DNA from: a virus
Lineage: Duplodnaviria > Caudoviricetes
Strand: one strand, 5' to 3'
IMG/VR virus record: IMGVR_UViG_3300005689_000302
Coordinates: 1-64,000 of that record
Length of the DNA stretch: 64,000 nt
The notes beneath the pieces are model-generated. The model made no database searches. It worked only from the letters and a program-made list of their open reading frames with translations, and was not told the DNA's origin. Made by a program: the position numbers and the translations under genes. Below are positions 45,586 to 54,411 of this stretch, piece by piece; the first letter of the stretch is position 1, and each line of letters begins with the position of its first letter.

Positions 45586-46425
45586 ATGTCCATCATCGTT
45601 GAACACGGCTTTGATATTTCCGGCTTGCTCAAGGATCGCCCGAAAGCGCCGGTCGTCGGCACGCGCTACTTTCCGACCGATGTCGGCGACCAGTTTGTCT
45701 ACAACGGCGCCTTCTGGCAACCGCAACGCTCGCTCTCGCGGCGCACCAGCCGCTTGTGGATCGCTGGCGAACGCGGCAAGCCGTCGCTGAATGCCGACAT
45801 TCAGAACGCCGCCGAGTCAACGCGAATGATCGCCGACCCGGACTTCGAAGTCTTGGGTACGAACATGACTTCGGCGCTCTCAACCTTCAACGCCGAAGGC
45901 GGGATCAACCTCACCACCGCCGGCGCCGACAACGATCAAGCGATCTTGCTGCCACACCTGGACGCCAACCAATCGTCGTGGACGAGCTGGACGTGGGGCT
46001 CGGATAAGGCTTCCTACTGGATGCTTCGATTCAAAACGGGCGCCTCGATCGCCGCGGCGATCATTTGGGCCGGGCTGAAGCTCACCAACACGCCGACCAC
46101 CGCCACCGACAACGATCAAGCCTTCTTCCGCTATCAGAACGGCGTCAACAGCGGACGGTTTCAGGCGATCTACTCGATCGATGGAACCGACTCGGCGAAC
46201 GACTCCGGCGTGACGGTCGCCGCGGCGACCGAATACGTCTTGGAAGTCGCGATCGACGCCAGCCGCATTGCGCGGTTCTTCATCAACAACACGCTCGTTC
46301 TCACCAGCACCGCGCTCAAGGATGCGACCGACTTTATCCCGTACCTGGGCGTGCAAGCCTCCGGAGCCGCCGGCGCGAAGGCAGTCACCGTCTACGGCCA
46401 GTACATCAGCCGGACTTCCGGCTAG
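45586..46425 (+). CDS. Beta-sandwich (concanavalin-like) putative virion protein
   Basis: Strand pattern with DNDQA repeats and YVLEVAID...FFIN. Confidence 0.6.
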   Translation: MSIIVEHGFDISGLLKDRPKAPVVGTRYFPTDVGDQFVYNGAFWQPQRSLSRRTSRLWIAGERGKPSLNADIQNAAESTRMIADPDFEVLGTNMTSALSTFNAEGGINLTTAGADNDQAILLPHLDANQSSWTSWTWGSDKASYWMLRFKTGASIAAAIIWAGLKLTNTPTTATDNDQAFFRYQNGVNSGRFQAIYSIDGTDSANDSGVTVAAATEYVLEVAIDASRIARFFINNTLVLTSTALKDATDFIPYLGVQASGAAGAKAVTVYGQYISRTSG

Positions 46426-46476
46426 TCGGCTGCTGTCTGACGCGCTGTCCTTCGACCTCTGACCTCTGGCTTCCGC

Positions 46477-46968
46477 ATGGCTCGCACCAACGCCGATCCC
46501 GAGCTGATCCTCGAGCGGATCGCCGCTCGGCTGATCGATCAGCTCGAAGGCGTCTCGGCCGCGAATTGCTTCGCGGTCCTGGCGCCGACGCGCGACGCCG
46601 TGCCGAACGCCGCCGACTTCATTTACCACGTCTCGCTCGTTTCGGGGCAATTCGACTCCGGGGCCTTCGATGGCGGCGGGAATGAGCAAGCGACGGTTCA
46701 CGCGCAGCTTGCGGTGACGATTTGGAGCACGCGCGACCTCGATCAAGTCGGCCGCGATCGGAAGTTCCTCGTCGACCCGGGGCTGGGGCTGTTGCCGAAG
46801 GCGAAGAAGGTGTTGCTGGCGCTCTCTGGCCATGACCTGGAAGATGAAAGCGGCAACGAGCTGCTCGATCAGCCATTTTTCCCCGCCGACTTCCATATTG
46901 AACGCCTCGAGCGAAACCTCGGCTCGATTCAAATCGGCTTCTCGATCGTCTTCGATTGGGATCTGTAG
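46477..46968 (+). CDS. Putative tail terminator/completion protein
   Basis: 163 aa; ERIAARL N-terminal helix and terminal IGFSIVFDW strand, as in gpU/gp37-like proteins. Confidence 0.45.
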   Translation: MARTNADPELILERIAARLIDQLEGVSAANCFAVLAPTRDAVPNAADFIYHVSLVSGQFDSGAFDGGGNEQATVHAQLAVTIWSTRDLDQVGRDRKFLVDPGLGLLPKAKKVLLALSGHDLEDESGNELLDQPFFPADFHIERLERNLGSIQIGFSIVFDWDL

Positions 46969-47035
46969 GCCGCTCTGCCGGCCATTTTCCATTCTCCGTT
47001 TTCACTTCTCCATTCGGCCCCTGGCCGCTGATTTC

Positions 47036-48997
47036 ATGGCTTCTCGCTCCATCGTCCCGCGATTGTTCGCCTGGTCGGCCTTGCTCTTGCTTGGCTTGCC
47101 GCTGCTGGCCGTCCAGTCGTGCTCTTACGCCGCGAATCCGCCGGCGCCCGTTCAGCAACTCTCGACGGCGACGAACTCGACGCCGGCGCCGCTGTCCGAG
47201 GCGCAAGTCGAAAGGACTTGCCGCGAAATCCGCGAAGCGTTCGAAAAGGGCGGGCCGCTGGTCAGTTGTTGGAACGTGCAAGCCGGCTGGAACCTGACGC
47301 AGCAAGTGGCGTGGATCAAGGCCGGCAACCATTATTTCCCGACGATCTACGTTCCGATCATCACACAGAACGCCAATAACCCGCTCCGCTGGGAGCGGTA
47401 TCTCGAAGAGCACCGCGACGCCCTCGAGTTTATCCGTCAGCATCGGCTACCGATCACCTGCCGCTGGCACAACTGGGGAAGCGACTTTACCGAAGTCGCT
47501 CCCGAAAATCGCGGCCCGTTCGAAGAATCGCCGCTGATTCATCGCCTTCGTGAAGATGGCTCGCTCGACTCGATTCCCGTTATCGACCCGCTCGGCCCGC
47601 TCAAGCCGTGGAGCGACGAAGGGAAGGCCATCGCCACTTCGCATTTTCTCAATGCCCTGGCCGCCTTCTATCCCGACTGCCCGCGTCTCTACTGGCTGGA
47701 AAACAACGAAGCGAGCGTCGGCGAAGTGGGCACTTACACCGCGCCGACCAGCGAACGCGACGAGTGGCGGTTTCCTTTGCGAGTGTGGAAAGACAACCTG
47801 CCCGCTATCTCGCTTCGCATGGCCGATCATGCCGCCGCCCACCCCGACGCGAATCAGCTCGAAGTGACGATCCATCGGGCGATGCGGGAAAAGTACGAAG
47901 CGCTCACGACCGCGCTCTTGGAGCACGCGCCAGCACAATGGCGCGGCCGGATTTACAGCGGCGGCTATGCCGGCATGAACCCGGCCGCCGGCCTCAATCG
48001 TCAGCCTTTCGATCACCGCCGCCCTCAAGAAGACTTCGCGCATAGCCCTTTCTCGCCCGCAATTTGGCAGTTCACCGAGCCGAGCGACCGCGTCTATGAC
48101 GACGGCTCGGGCAGTCCGTGGAACTGGCACGACTGGCTGCGCTCGCCGCATGCGCTCAACCACAATAACGGCCCGCTCACCCGCTACCTTGCCGCCACAC
48201 GGCCGCTCTGGCATGAGGATCGATCGTTTTGGCTTTCGCCGACGCGCGGCCGCGCCGCCGCCAAGCCCGATGAAGACGGCAACCCCGAGCACGGCGGCTA
48301 CGTGCTTCCCGATCGCCTCTTCGGCTTCGCGCGCGTCTGTCTCTGGTCCGATCGACCGAAGGGCCGCGCGACGAATCTTCGCTGGTTCGCTTCTAGCAGA
48401 AAGCAGCTCGGCGACGAGTGGTATGCGAGCGATAAAGACCCGCCCGAGGTGCGCGGCCTCACCGAATACGATTACTTCGCCCGCGTCCAGCAAGCGGTCG
48501 ACGAAGTGTGGAGCGATCCGCGCTTGCTGCGCTTTTGGCGCGAGTCTGACCCGGTAATCAACCCCGATCCGGCCCTATGCGACTGGCGACTGCCCGACTC
48601 GATCGACGGCCATTCCGTCATCGACGATCGCTCGCGCGTCCTCTATACCGACGCCGATCCGCCGCGCTTCGATGCGACCGGGAAGGACCTCTGGCGCGAG
48701 AGCGACGGCCGGATGGAGCTCAAGGTTTTCTCGCAAGGCTACAAGCTCGGCGAGAGCTATTTGCTCATCGCCTACAGCCCGCGCGAGCTTCGCGAAAACG
48801 TCACGGTGCAAGTTCCCGGCCTCGGCCCTGTCACAATTCCGCTTGTCGGCCCCGAGGGTGTCTTTCACTTTGCTGGCGCTGAGCTTCCCGAGCCCCACCC
48901 CGATCCCATCCCCGACCCGCTTCCCCCGCCGACCGATCGCACCCAGCGCGCCGCCGCCTTGCTGCGCGAAGCGCTGGAGCTTCTCGAAGCAGACTAG
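47036..48997 (+). CDS. Secreted 653-aa putative hydrolase (TIM-barrel-like) within the tail cluster
   Basis: Signal peptide MASRSIVPRLFAWSALLLLGLPLLAVQSC; W/Y/D-rich; YWLENNEA. Confidence 0.55.
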   Translation: MASRSIVPRLFAWSALLLLGLPLLAVQSCSYAANPPAPVQQLSTATNSTPAPLSEAQVERTCREIREAFEKGGPLVSCWNVQAGWNLTQQVAWIKAGNHYFPTIYVPIITQNANNPLRWERYLEEHRDALEFIRQHRLPITCRWHNWGSDFTEVAPENRGPFEESPLIHRLREDGSLDSIPVIDPLGPLKPWSDEGKAIATSHFLNALAAFYPDCPRLYWLENNEASVGEVGTYTAPTSERDEWRFPLRVWKDNLPAISLRMADHAAAHPDANQLEVTIHRAMREKYEALTTALLEHAPAQWRGRIYSGGYAGMNPAAGLNRQPFDHRRPQEDFAHSPFSPAIWQFTEPSDRVYDDGSGSPWNWHDWLRSPHALNHNNGPLTRYLAATRPLWHEDRSFWLSPTRGRAAAKPDEDGNPEHGGYVLPDRLFGFARVCLWSDRPKGRATNLRWFASSRKQLGDEWYASDKDPPEVRGLTEYDYFARVQQAVDEVWSDPRLLRFWRESDPVINPDPALCDWRLPDSIDGHSVIDDRSRVLYTDADPPRFDATGKDLWRESDGRMELKVFSQGYKLGESYLLIAYSPRELRENVTVQVPGLGPVTIPLVGPEGVFHFAGAELPEPHPDPIPDPLPPPTDRTQRAAALLREALELLEAD

Positions 48998-49001
48998 GTA
49001 C

Positions 49002-49769
49002 ATGGCAGAACTACTCCTAAAAACCGACCCAGGCAGCGGCTACGAAGCCGGCGACATTCTCTGTGCGTTCAACGCGCGGCGGATTCGCTGTTGTCATGCC
49101 GAGCAAATCTGCCATTACCGCAAGGCGAACCGCAACGGCAGCGGCTTGATCGTAGCCTCGGAAGTTGCCCGCGATTGGTACGAAGCGACTCATCAATATC
49201 GCTTTGAGCGGGTGTCGGCGACGGAGATTGAGCGAGTCACGATTGCCACTGGCGACCGTGAGCGATTGAGCGACAAGCCCAACGAGAAGGGTGAAGCAAT
49301 CGACGTTCGGCTTTATATCGCTCGCCGAAAGCGACAAACGTTCTGCCCGCTGTTCGGTGAAGACGGACAAGAGTTCTGGTACGGCGGTCGGATCGACACC
49401 AGCAATACTAAGCTCACGCTCGTTTGGAACGCGATCCAAACCAAGACGCCGCTTCGAGAAACCAACTTCCAACGCTGGCCGATGGGCACGCAAGAGCTTC
49501 GCTCGCATCTGGCAATTCGCGTCAATGAGTTCGACGACGCGGAAGCGGAAACGCTCGTTTCGTCTGAGGTTGATGATAGCAACCCCGATGAGCCAGTCGT
49601 CGTTCAAAAACGCCGTCATCGCATTGACTGGGAAACACGGCTCTCGCTCACCGCTGCACAACGCCAGCAAGTGAGAGACAAGAGCCAATCGTTCGATTTA
49701 CGCGAAGTTCGGCAATATACCCGCACTTCGATTGTCACCGTCAAAGCATCAAGGATTCAAAGGGGCTAG
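49002..49769 (+). CDS. Hypothetical protein
   Basis: ATG 4 nt after the previous stop. Confidence 0.75.
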   Translation: MAELLLKTDPGSGYEAGDILCAFNARRIRCCHAEQICHYRKANRNGSGLIVASEVARDWYEATHQYRFERVSATEIERVTIATGDRERLSDKPNEKGEAIDVRLYIARRKRQTFCPLFGEDGQEFWYGGRIDTSNTKLTLVWNAIQTKTPLRETNFQRWPMGTQELRSHLAIRVNEFDDAEAETLVSSEVDDSNPDEPVVVQKRRHRIDWETRLSLTAAQRQQVRDKSQSFDLREVRQYTRTSIVTVKASRIQRG

Positions 49770-49771
49770 TT

Positions 49772-50182
49772 ATGCTAATTTGGGTTTGGACTCGGAATGA
49801 CCAATCGGGAATTCTCGATGGAGAGTTTCGCGATGGCGACATTGACCACGCGAAGCCCGATAGCTTCGAGCCGTCAATTGGCTCGCAAGAAAAACTGTCC
49901 TGGCTCATCGTCAAAGTCCCCGATCCGCCGAACATGATGGCGTTCATCAACGCTCTGGAAATTCCCGAATACGCTCCAGGCCCCGAATTGGATGACGGCC
50001 CGCCCGTTCGTCGCCGTCGCGTCTATCGCCTCCCGTGGCGCAACAAGCTGAGCGCCGCCGAAGTCGCGATCAAAGAAGCGGCGACAAGCAATCTGCCGGA
50101 AGGCGCTACCAGCGGCGGCGGAACCGTCGTCAACGGCGTCGTTTCTGGGTTGTTCAGCGTTTCCGATTTCGTTCGCAAATGA
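49772..50182 (+). CDS. Hypothetical protein
   Basis: ATG 2 nt after the previous stop. Confidence 0.7.
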   Translation: MLIWVWTRNDQSGILDGEFRDGDIDHAKPDSFEPSIGSQEKLSWLIVKVPDPPNMMAFINALEIPEYAPGPELDDGPPVRRRRVYRLPWRNKLSAAEVAIKEAATSNLPEGATSGGGTVVNGVVSGLFSVSDFVRK

Positions 50183-50185
50183 CAC

Positions 50186-51364
50186 GTGCCTTTTTTCAAG
50201 TTCACAGTCACCGACACGTTAGAGCGCATCCTTCAAGGCGTCGAAGAGTTGCTTCGCGTTGCAGGTCGCTTGCCGGGACAACCAGCTAATTTACCTGCCG
50301 TGCCTACGATCACCAAAAGCATCGGGACCAGCAGCCGCGACTATTCGACGATCACCGCTTGGGAGGCTGATCTGGATAATGGCGCTGTGTACGCCTCTGG
50401 CGACACCGCCCTGGGCGAGTGCTACGACGATTCAGCGTTCGATGAAACGCTGGCGATCAACGGCGGCGGGACGGTGGGGTTAGCGGATCGCATTTTGAGC
50501 GTTGCGTCTGGCGAGCGACATACGGGCGTTGCCGGAACGGGCGCGAGAATCGTGCGAACTGGTAACGGCGGCATCAACATCGCCAGCGGTGCGCCTTCTA
50601 CGATTCGCTGGCTTGAGTTCGATATGAACGGAAACTCTAATTCCAGCGGGCAGGGAGTCGCCGATCAGAATGCCAGCGGCAGCAACTTTGAGCATTTGCT
50701 GATTCACGACGTGCTCGGCAATCCGGCCTCCATGGTCGGTATTCGCCTGAACAGCGCTGGCAGCGCCGTTCGCTGTATTTTGTATGACATCTCCAACAAT
50801 GGTTCGTCGTCGTTTCGCCTTATCTACGGGATCATCAACAATTCCAATGTTGACGCCAACGCTTTGAACTGCACCGTTCACTCTGTGACCGCGCCGAGTG
50901 TTGGCGGATCAAGCGAGCTAACCGGCGTTCAATTTCGCAGCACGTCAGGGCAAAACACACAAAACAACATCATCACCGACTGCACCGGTAGCGCTGGCGC
51001 ATCGCCGAGATGCCTCAATGGTGGCGCAACGACAGACCACAATCTCACCTCCGACGCCACGGCAACCGGAACCGGCTCGCTCACTAACAAAACCGCCGCC
51101 AATCAATTCGTTTCCACCGTCGGCGGCAGCGAAGATTTGCACCTGAAAACCGGGGCCGACGCCATCAACGCCGGCACCGATCTAGGCACGTCGCCGACGA
51201 ACGTGAATATCGACATCGACGGGCGCGACGTGGACGCCGAAGGCGATACTTGGGACATGGGGGCGGATGAGTTTGTCTCCGTTGGCGGCGCTGGCGCTGG
51301 GATGATCTTTGGCGGCTTGGCGTTTGGCGCTGGCCGAATTCTTGGAGGGCTTGTCCTCGCATGA
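50186..51364 (+). CDS. Beta-helix (pectate-lyase-like) tailspike/adhesin candidate
   Basis: TITKSIGTSSRDYSTITAWE N-terminus; N/S/G-rich beta-helix repeats; DLHLKTGADAINAG...DIDG...WDMGADEF C-terminus; alternative GTG start at 50300. Confidence 0.7.
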   Translation: MPFFKFTVTDTLERILQGVEELLRVAGRLPGQPANLPAVPTITKSIGTSSRDYSTITAWEADLDNGAVYASGDTALGECYDDSAFDETLAINGGGTVGLADRILSVASGERHTGVAGTGARIVRTGNGGINIASGAPSTIRWLEFDMNGNSNSSGQGVADQNASGSNFEHLLIHDVLGNPASMVGIRLNSAGSAVRCILYDISNNGSSSFRLIYGIINNSNVDANALNCTVHSVTAPSVGGSSELTGVQFRSTSGQNTQNNIITDCTGSAGASPRCLNGGATTDHNLTSDATATGTGSLTNKTAANQFVSTVGGSEDLHLKTGADAINAGTDLGTSPTNVNIDIDGRDVDAEGDTWDMGADEFVSVGGAGAGMIFGGLAFGAGRILGGLVLA

Positions 51365-53334
51365 TCGACTTAGGGCATATCCGACCGGGGCGCACGATTC
51401 GCATCCCGTTCAACACCTTCGACAAAGACGACGGTTCGTCAATCACAATGACGAACTACGCGGTGACCGACATCCTGATCTACAAGGATGGCTCGACGAC
51501 CGAGCGCGCTTCGACGAGCGGCTTTACGGCCACAACCGACTTCGACACAAAAACCGGCAAGCATTTGGCGGTCATTGACTTGGCGGACAATACGACCGCC
51601 GGCTTTTTCGCTTGCGGCTCGGAATATCTCGTCGCCATCGACGCGATCACCGCCGACGGCGTGACTTCGGGCGGCTGGATCGCTCGCTTCCGCATTGGCT
51701 ATCCCGATGCGGTTCTCAATACAACCATTGCTTCGCTCTCGTCGCAAACCTCATTCACGCTCACCGAGGGACCGGCCGAAGACGATGCGCTCAACGATAT
51801 GTGGGTCGTGATTCACGACGTAGCAAGCGCCGTTCAGTGGGGGCGGGCGATTATCGCGGACTACACCGGATCGACGAAAACGGTCACGCTGGCGGCCGGA
51901 ACGACGTTCACCGCGGCGGCCACAGACAACATTTCTGTTATGGGTCCGGCGCCGCTGCGGCCAACCGTCGCCGGCCGCACGCTCGATGTTTCCACTGGCG
52001 GCGAAGCGGGTATCGATTGGGCAAATGTCGGTTCACCGACAACAGCAGTCAACCTTTCGGCGACGACGTTCAATCTGGTCAACACGGCGACGACGCTTAC
52101 CAACTTGCCAGCGATCACGAGCAACTGGCTCACCGCAACCGGCCTGGACACGACCGCCGTTGAAGAGCTTCGCAACGCGATCACTGGCGGCGCGTACGCG
52201 CTTGATACTGACGCGAACGGCCGCCCCCGATTCGCTGACGGAACGGGCGCTGGCGAGTTAGATACCTCGAGCGGTCACGTCACGCTCGCGGATGCGTCAC
52301 TCACAACGGCGAAGCTCGGGGCGTTTGAACTGGCGAAGACCACCAACATTACCGGCTTCAACGATCTATCGGCGGCGCAGGTCAATACCGAAGTCGATAC
52401 GGCGCTCGCCGACATTCATTTGGATCACTTGCTGGCGGCCGATTACGATCCCGCCAGCAAGCCGGGCGTGGCGACGGCGCTTCTCAATGAGCTAATTGAA
52501 AGCGACGCTGGCGTCTCGCGATTCACCGCCAACGCGCTCGAACAAGCGCCATCCGGCGGGGGTGGCGGCGGCGACGCGACCGAAGCGAATCAAACGACGA
52601 TCATCGGACACCTGACGGACATTAAAGGGGCGACGTGGGCGAGCACCGACTCGCTGGAAGCGATCCGCGATCGCGGCGATGCGGCCTGGACGACGGCGAC
52701 CGGTTTTTCGACGCACTCGGCCGCCGATGTGTGGAGCGCCGGCACGCGCACGCTCACCGCGCTCGGCTTCACGCTCGCCGCTTCCGACCTGGCCAGCGGG
52801 ATCATCACCAGCGCCAAGTTCGCCGCTGGGGCGATCGACGCCGCGGCCACCAGCGCCGACTTCATCACGGAAATCCGCAACGCGATTACCGGCGGGGCGT
52901 ACGCGCTTGATACCGACGCGAACGGTCGCATTCGTAATGTCGTCGGCACGGCCGCCGGCGAATTGAACCTGGCCAGCGGCAATGTCGAACTGGCCGACGG
53001 CTCGCTCGTCACCGCCAAGCTCGGAACATTCGTCCTCGCGAAAACCACCAACATCACCGGCTTCAACGATCTGTCGGCCTCGGCGGTCAACGCCGAAGTC
53101 GTCGATGCGATCGCCACCGATACCTACGGCGAACCGTCGCAAGGCGCGCCCGGCGTCACGCTCTCGCTGGCCGACAAGATTGGCTACCTCTTCACCGGCT
53201 TCCGCAATCGCAAGACGCAAACGTCGACCGAACAAACGACGTACGCCGACGACGGCACGACGGCCCTCTTCAAAGCGAACGTTTCCGACGACGGCACAAC
53301 GTGCGAAGTCGGCGAATTGGTCACCGGCGCCTAG
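51361..53334 (+). CDS. Tail fibre-like protein with internal duplication of about 82 aa
   Basis: A/T/G/D-rich; RNAITGGAYALDTDANG...AKTTNITGFNDLSA at 52168-52413 and 52873-53118. Confidence 0.7.
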   Translation: MIDLGHIRPGRTIRIPFNTFDKDDGSSITMTNYAVTDILIYKDGSTTERASTSGFTATTDFDTKTGKHLAVIDLADNTTAGFFACGSEYLVAIDAITADGVTSGGWIARFRIGYPDAVLNTTIASLSSQTSFTLTEGPAEDDALNDMWVVIHDVASAVQWGRAIIADYTGSTKTVTLAAGTTFTAAATDNISVMGPAPLRPTVAGRTLDVSTGGEAGIDWANVGSPTTAVNLSATTFNLVNTATTLTNLPAITSNWLTATGLDTTAVEELRNAITGGAYALDTDANGRPRFADGTGAGELDTSSGHVTLADASLTTAKLGAFELAKTTNITGFNDLSAAQVNTEVDTALADIHLDHLLAADYDPASKPGVATALLNELIESDAGVSRFTANALEQAPSGGGGGGDATEANQTTIIGHLTDIKGATWASTDSLEAIRDRGDAAWTTATGFSTHSAADVWSAGTRTLTALGFTLAASDLASGIITSAKFAAGAIDAAATSADFITEIRNAITGGAYALDTDANGRIRNVVGTAAGELNLASGNVELADGSLVTAKLGTFVLAKTTNITGFNDLSASAVNAEVVDAIATDTYGEPSQGAPGVTLSLADKIGYLFTGFRNRKTQTSTEQTTYADDGTTALFKANVSDDGTTCEVGELVTGA

Positions 53335-53384
53335 CGCTCTCTCTTTTCTGACACTCCGACCTCTGACCTCCGACCTCTCTTCTT

Positions 53385-53735
53385 ATGAACGCCCTGCTCG
53401 AAGAACTGAAACAACACGAAGGCGCGATGAAGGCCCTCGAAGAACAAGCCAACGAGCACGAAGCGGCGGCTCGCAAATGCCGCGCGAAGCGGATGGAAGC
53501 CAAGCAGCGGATCGCCGAGCTCAACGCGCAGATTAACGACGCCAAAGTCGTTCACGCCGTGCAAGGCTCGCTCGCCGCCGCGGAAGCCGCCCGCCAAGAC
53601 GCCGAGAAGGCGAAAGCCGAAAGCGCGACGGTGCTCGAATCGCTGAAGGCGAAGGAAAGCAAGCTCGACGAGCTGCTCGCCAAGCTGGAAGCCGCGCCGC
53701 CGGCGGAAAAGTCGCCTGAAGCTCCCGCCGCCTAA
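53385..53735 (+). CDS. Coiled-coil protein
   Basis: E/K/A heptads throughout. Confidence 0.75.
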   Translation: MNALLEELKQHEGAMKALEEQANEHEAAARKCRAKRMEAKQRIAELNAQINDAKVVHAVQGSLAAAEAARQDAEKAKAESATVLESLKAKESKLDELLAKLEAAPPAEKSPEAPAA

Positions 53736-53743
53736 AGTAAGCC

Positions 53744-54001
53744 GTGGCTCTCGACACTCGCGACAAGCGCGACTCGGCAATCCATATCGGCTTGCCGTGG
53801 CGCGCCCGTTTTCCCGTTCCCGACGGCTCGATCAACGCTGGCGATCGGCTGCACTTTGCGCGGCTGTACCGGGGGATCGCTGCGGCGACGCCCACCGTTG
53901 CCGAGGCGCTGACTTTCCCGCTGCTGCACGGCGCCGACAACCGCTTTCCTGATTTGCACGGCGCCGACAACCGCTTCCCGCTGCTCTACGGATTTGATTA
54001 A
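53744..54001 (+). CDS. Small virion-associated protein with 30-nt tandem duplication (LHGADNRFP x2)
   Basis: MALDTRDKRDSAI...; repeat copies at 53925-53946 and 53955-53976. Confidence 0.7.
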   Translation: MALDTRDKRDSAIHIGLPWRARFPVPDGSINAGDRLHFARLYRGIAAATPTVAEALTFPLLHGADNRFPDLHGADNRFPLLYGFD

Positions 54002-54004
54002 GCG

Positions 54005-54361
54005 ATGTCGGCCAATCAAGAACAGACCGAAAACTTCACGCGCGGCGACCGCCGAACGCCGATCGGCCGCACACTGGCCCAAGGCGGCGCGGCGATCGAC
54101 GGTACCGGGCTGACGCTGGAAGCGCGGCTGGTGGCCGAAGACGGCGAAGAGATTCACGACTGGACGAGCACCGGCGTCTCGTGGAATCCGGCCAGTGAAG
54201 GCAAGGCGCAGTACGAATTCCAGTCGTCGGTCTGGTCGTCGATCGCCACTCACGGCGGTTACGAATACTTCCTCTGGTTTCGCGTCACGGCCTCGGGCAA
54301 GACCGACGTTTTCCCCTGCGACGGCCGCAAGCTGCGGATCCTCGTCAACGAAGCGGACTAG
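54005..54361 (+). CDS. BppU-N-like baseplate/tail adaptor protein
   Basis: FTRGD...AIDGTGLT...GKAQYEF...YFLWFRVT...VFP pattern. Confidence 0.6.
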   Translation: MSANQEQTENFTRGDRRTPIGRTLAQGGAAIDGTGLTLEARLVAEDGEEIHDWTSTGVSWNPASEGKAQYEFQSSVWSSIATHGGYEYFLWFRVTASGKTDVFPCDGRKLRILVNEAD

Positions 54362-54411
54362 CGCCGTGCGGCCTCTGACGTTCTGACCTCTGCCCTCCGA
54401 CTTCTTCTCTC

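Noticed and set aside
38755-46968. Contractile tail, eCIS or T6SS-like system
   Set aside because: No sheath or baseplate wedge (gpW/gpJ) motifs recognised; a full head and packaging module indicates a true phage
52168-53118. Diversity-generating retroelement TR/VR pair
   Set aside because: Differences are not adenine-specific, both copies lie in the same coding frame, and there is no reverse transcriptase in the window
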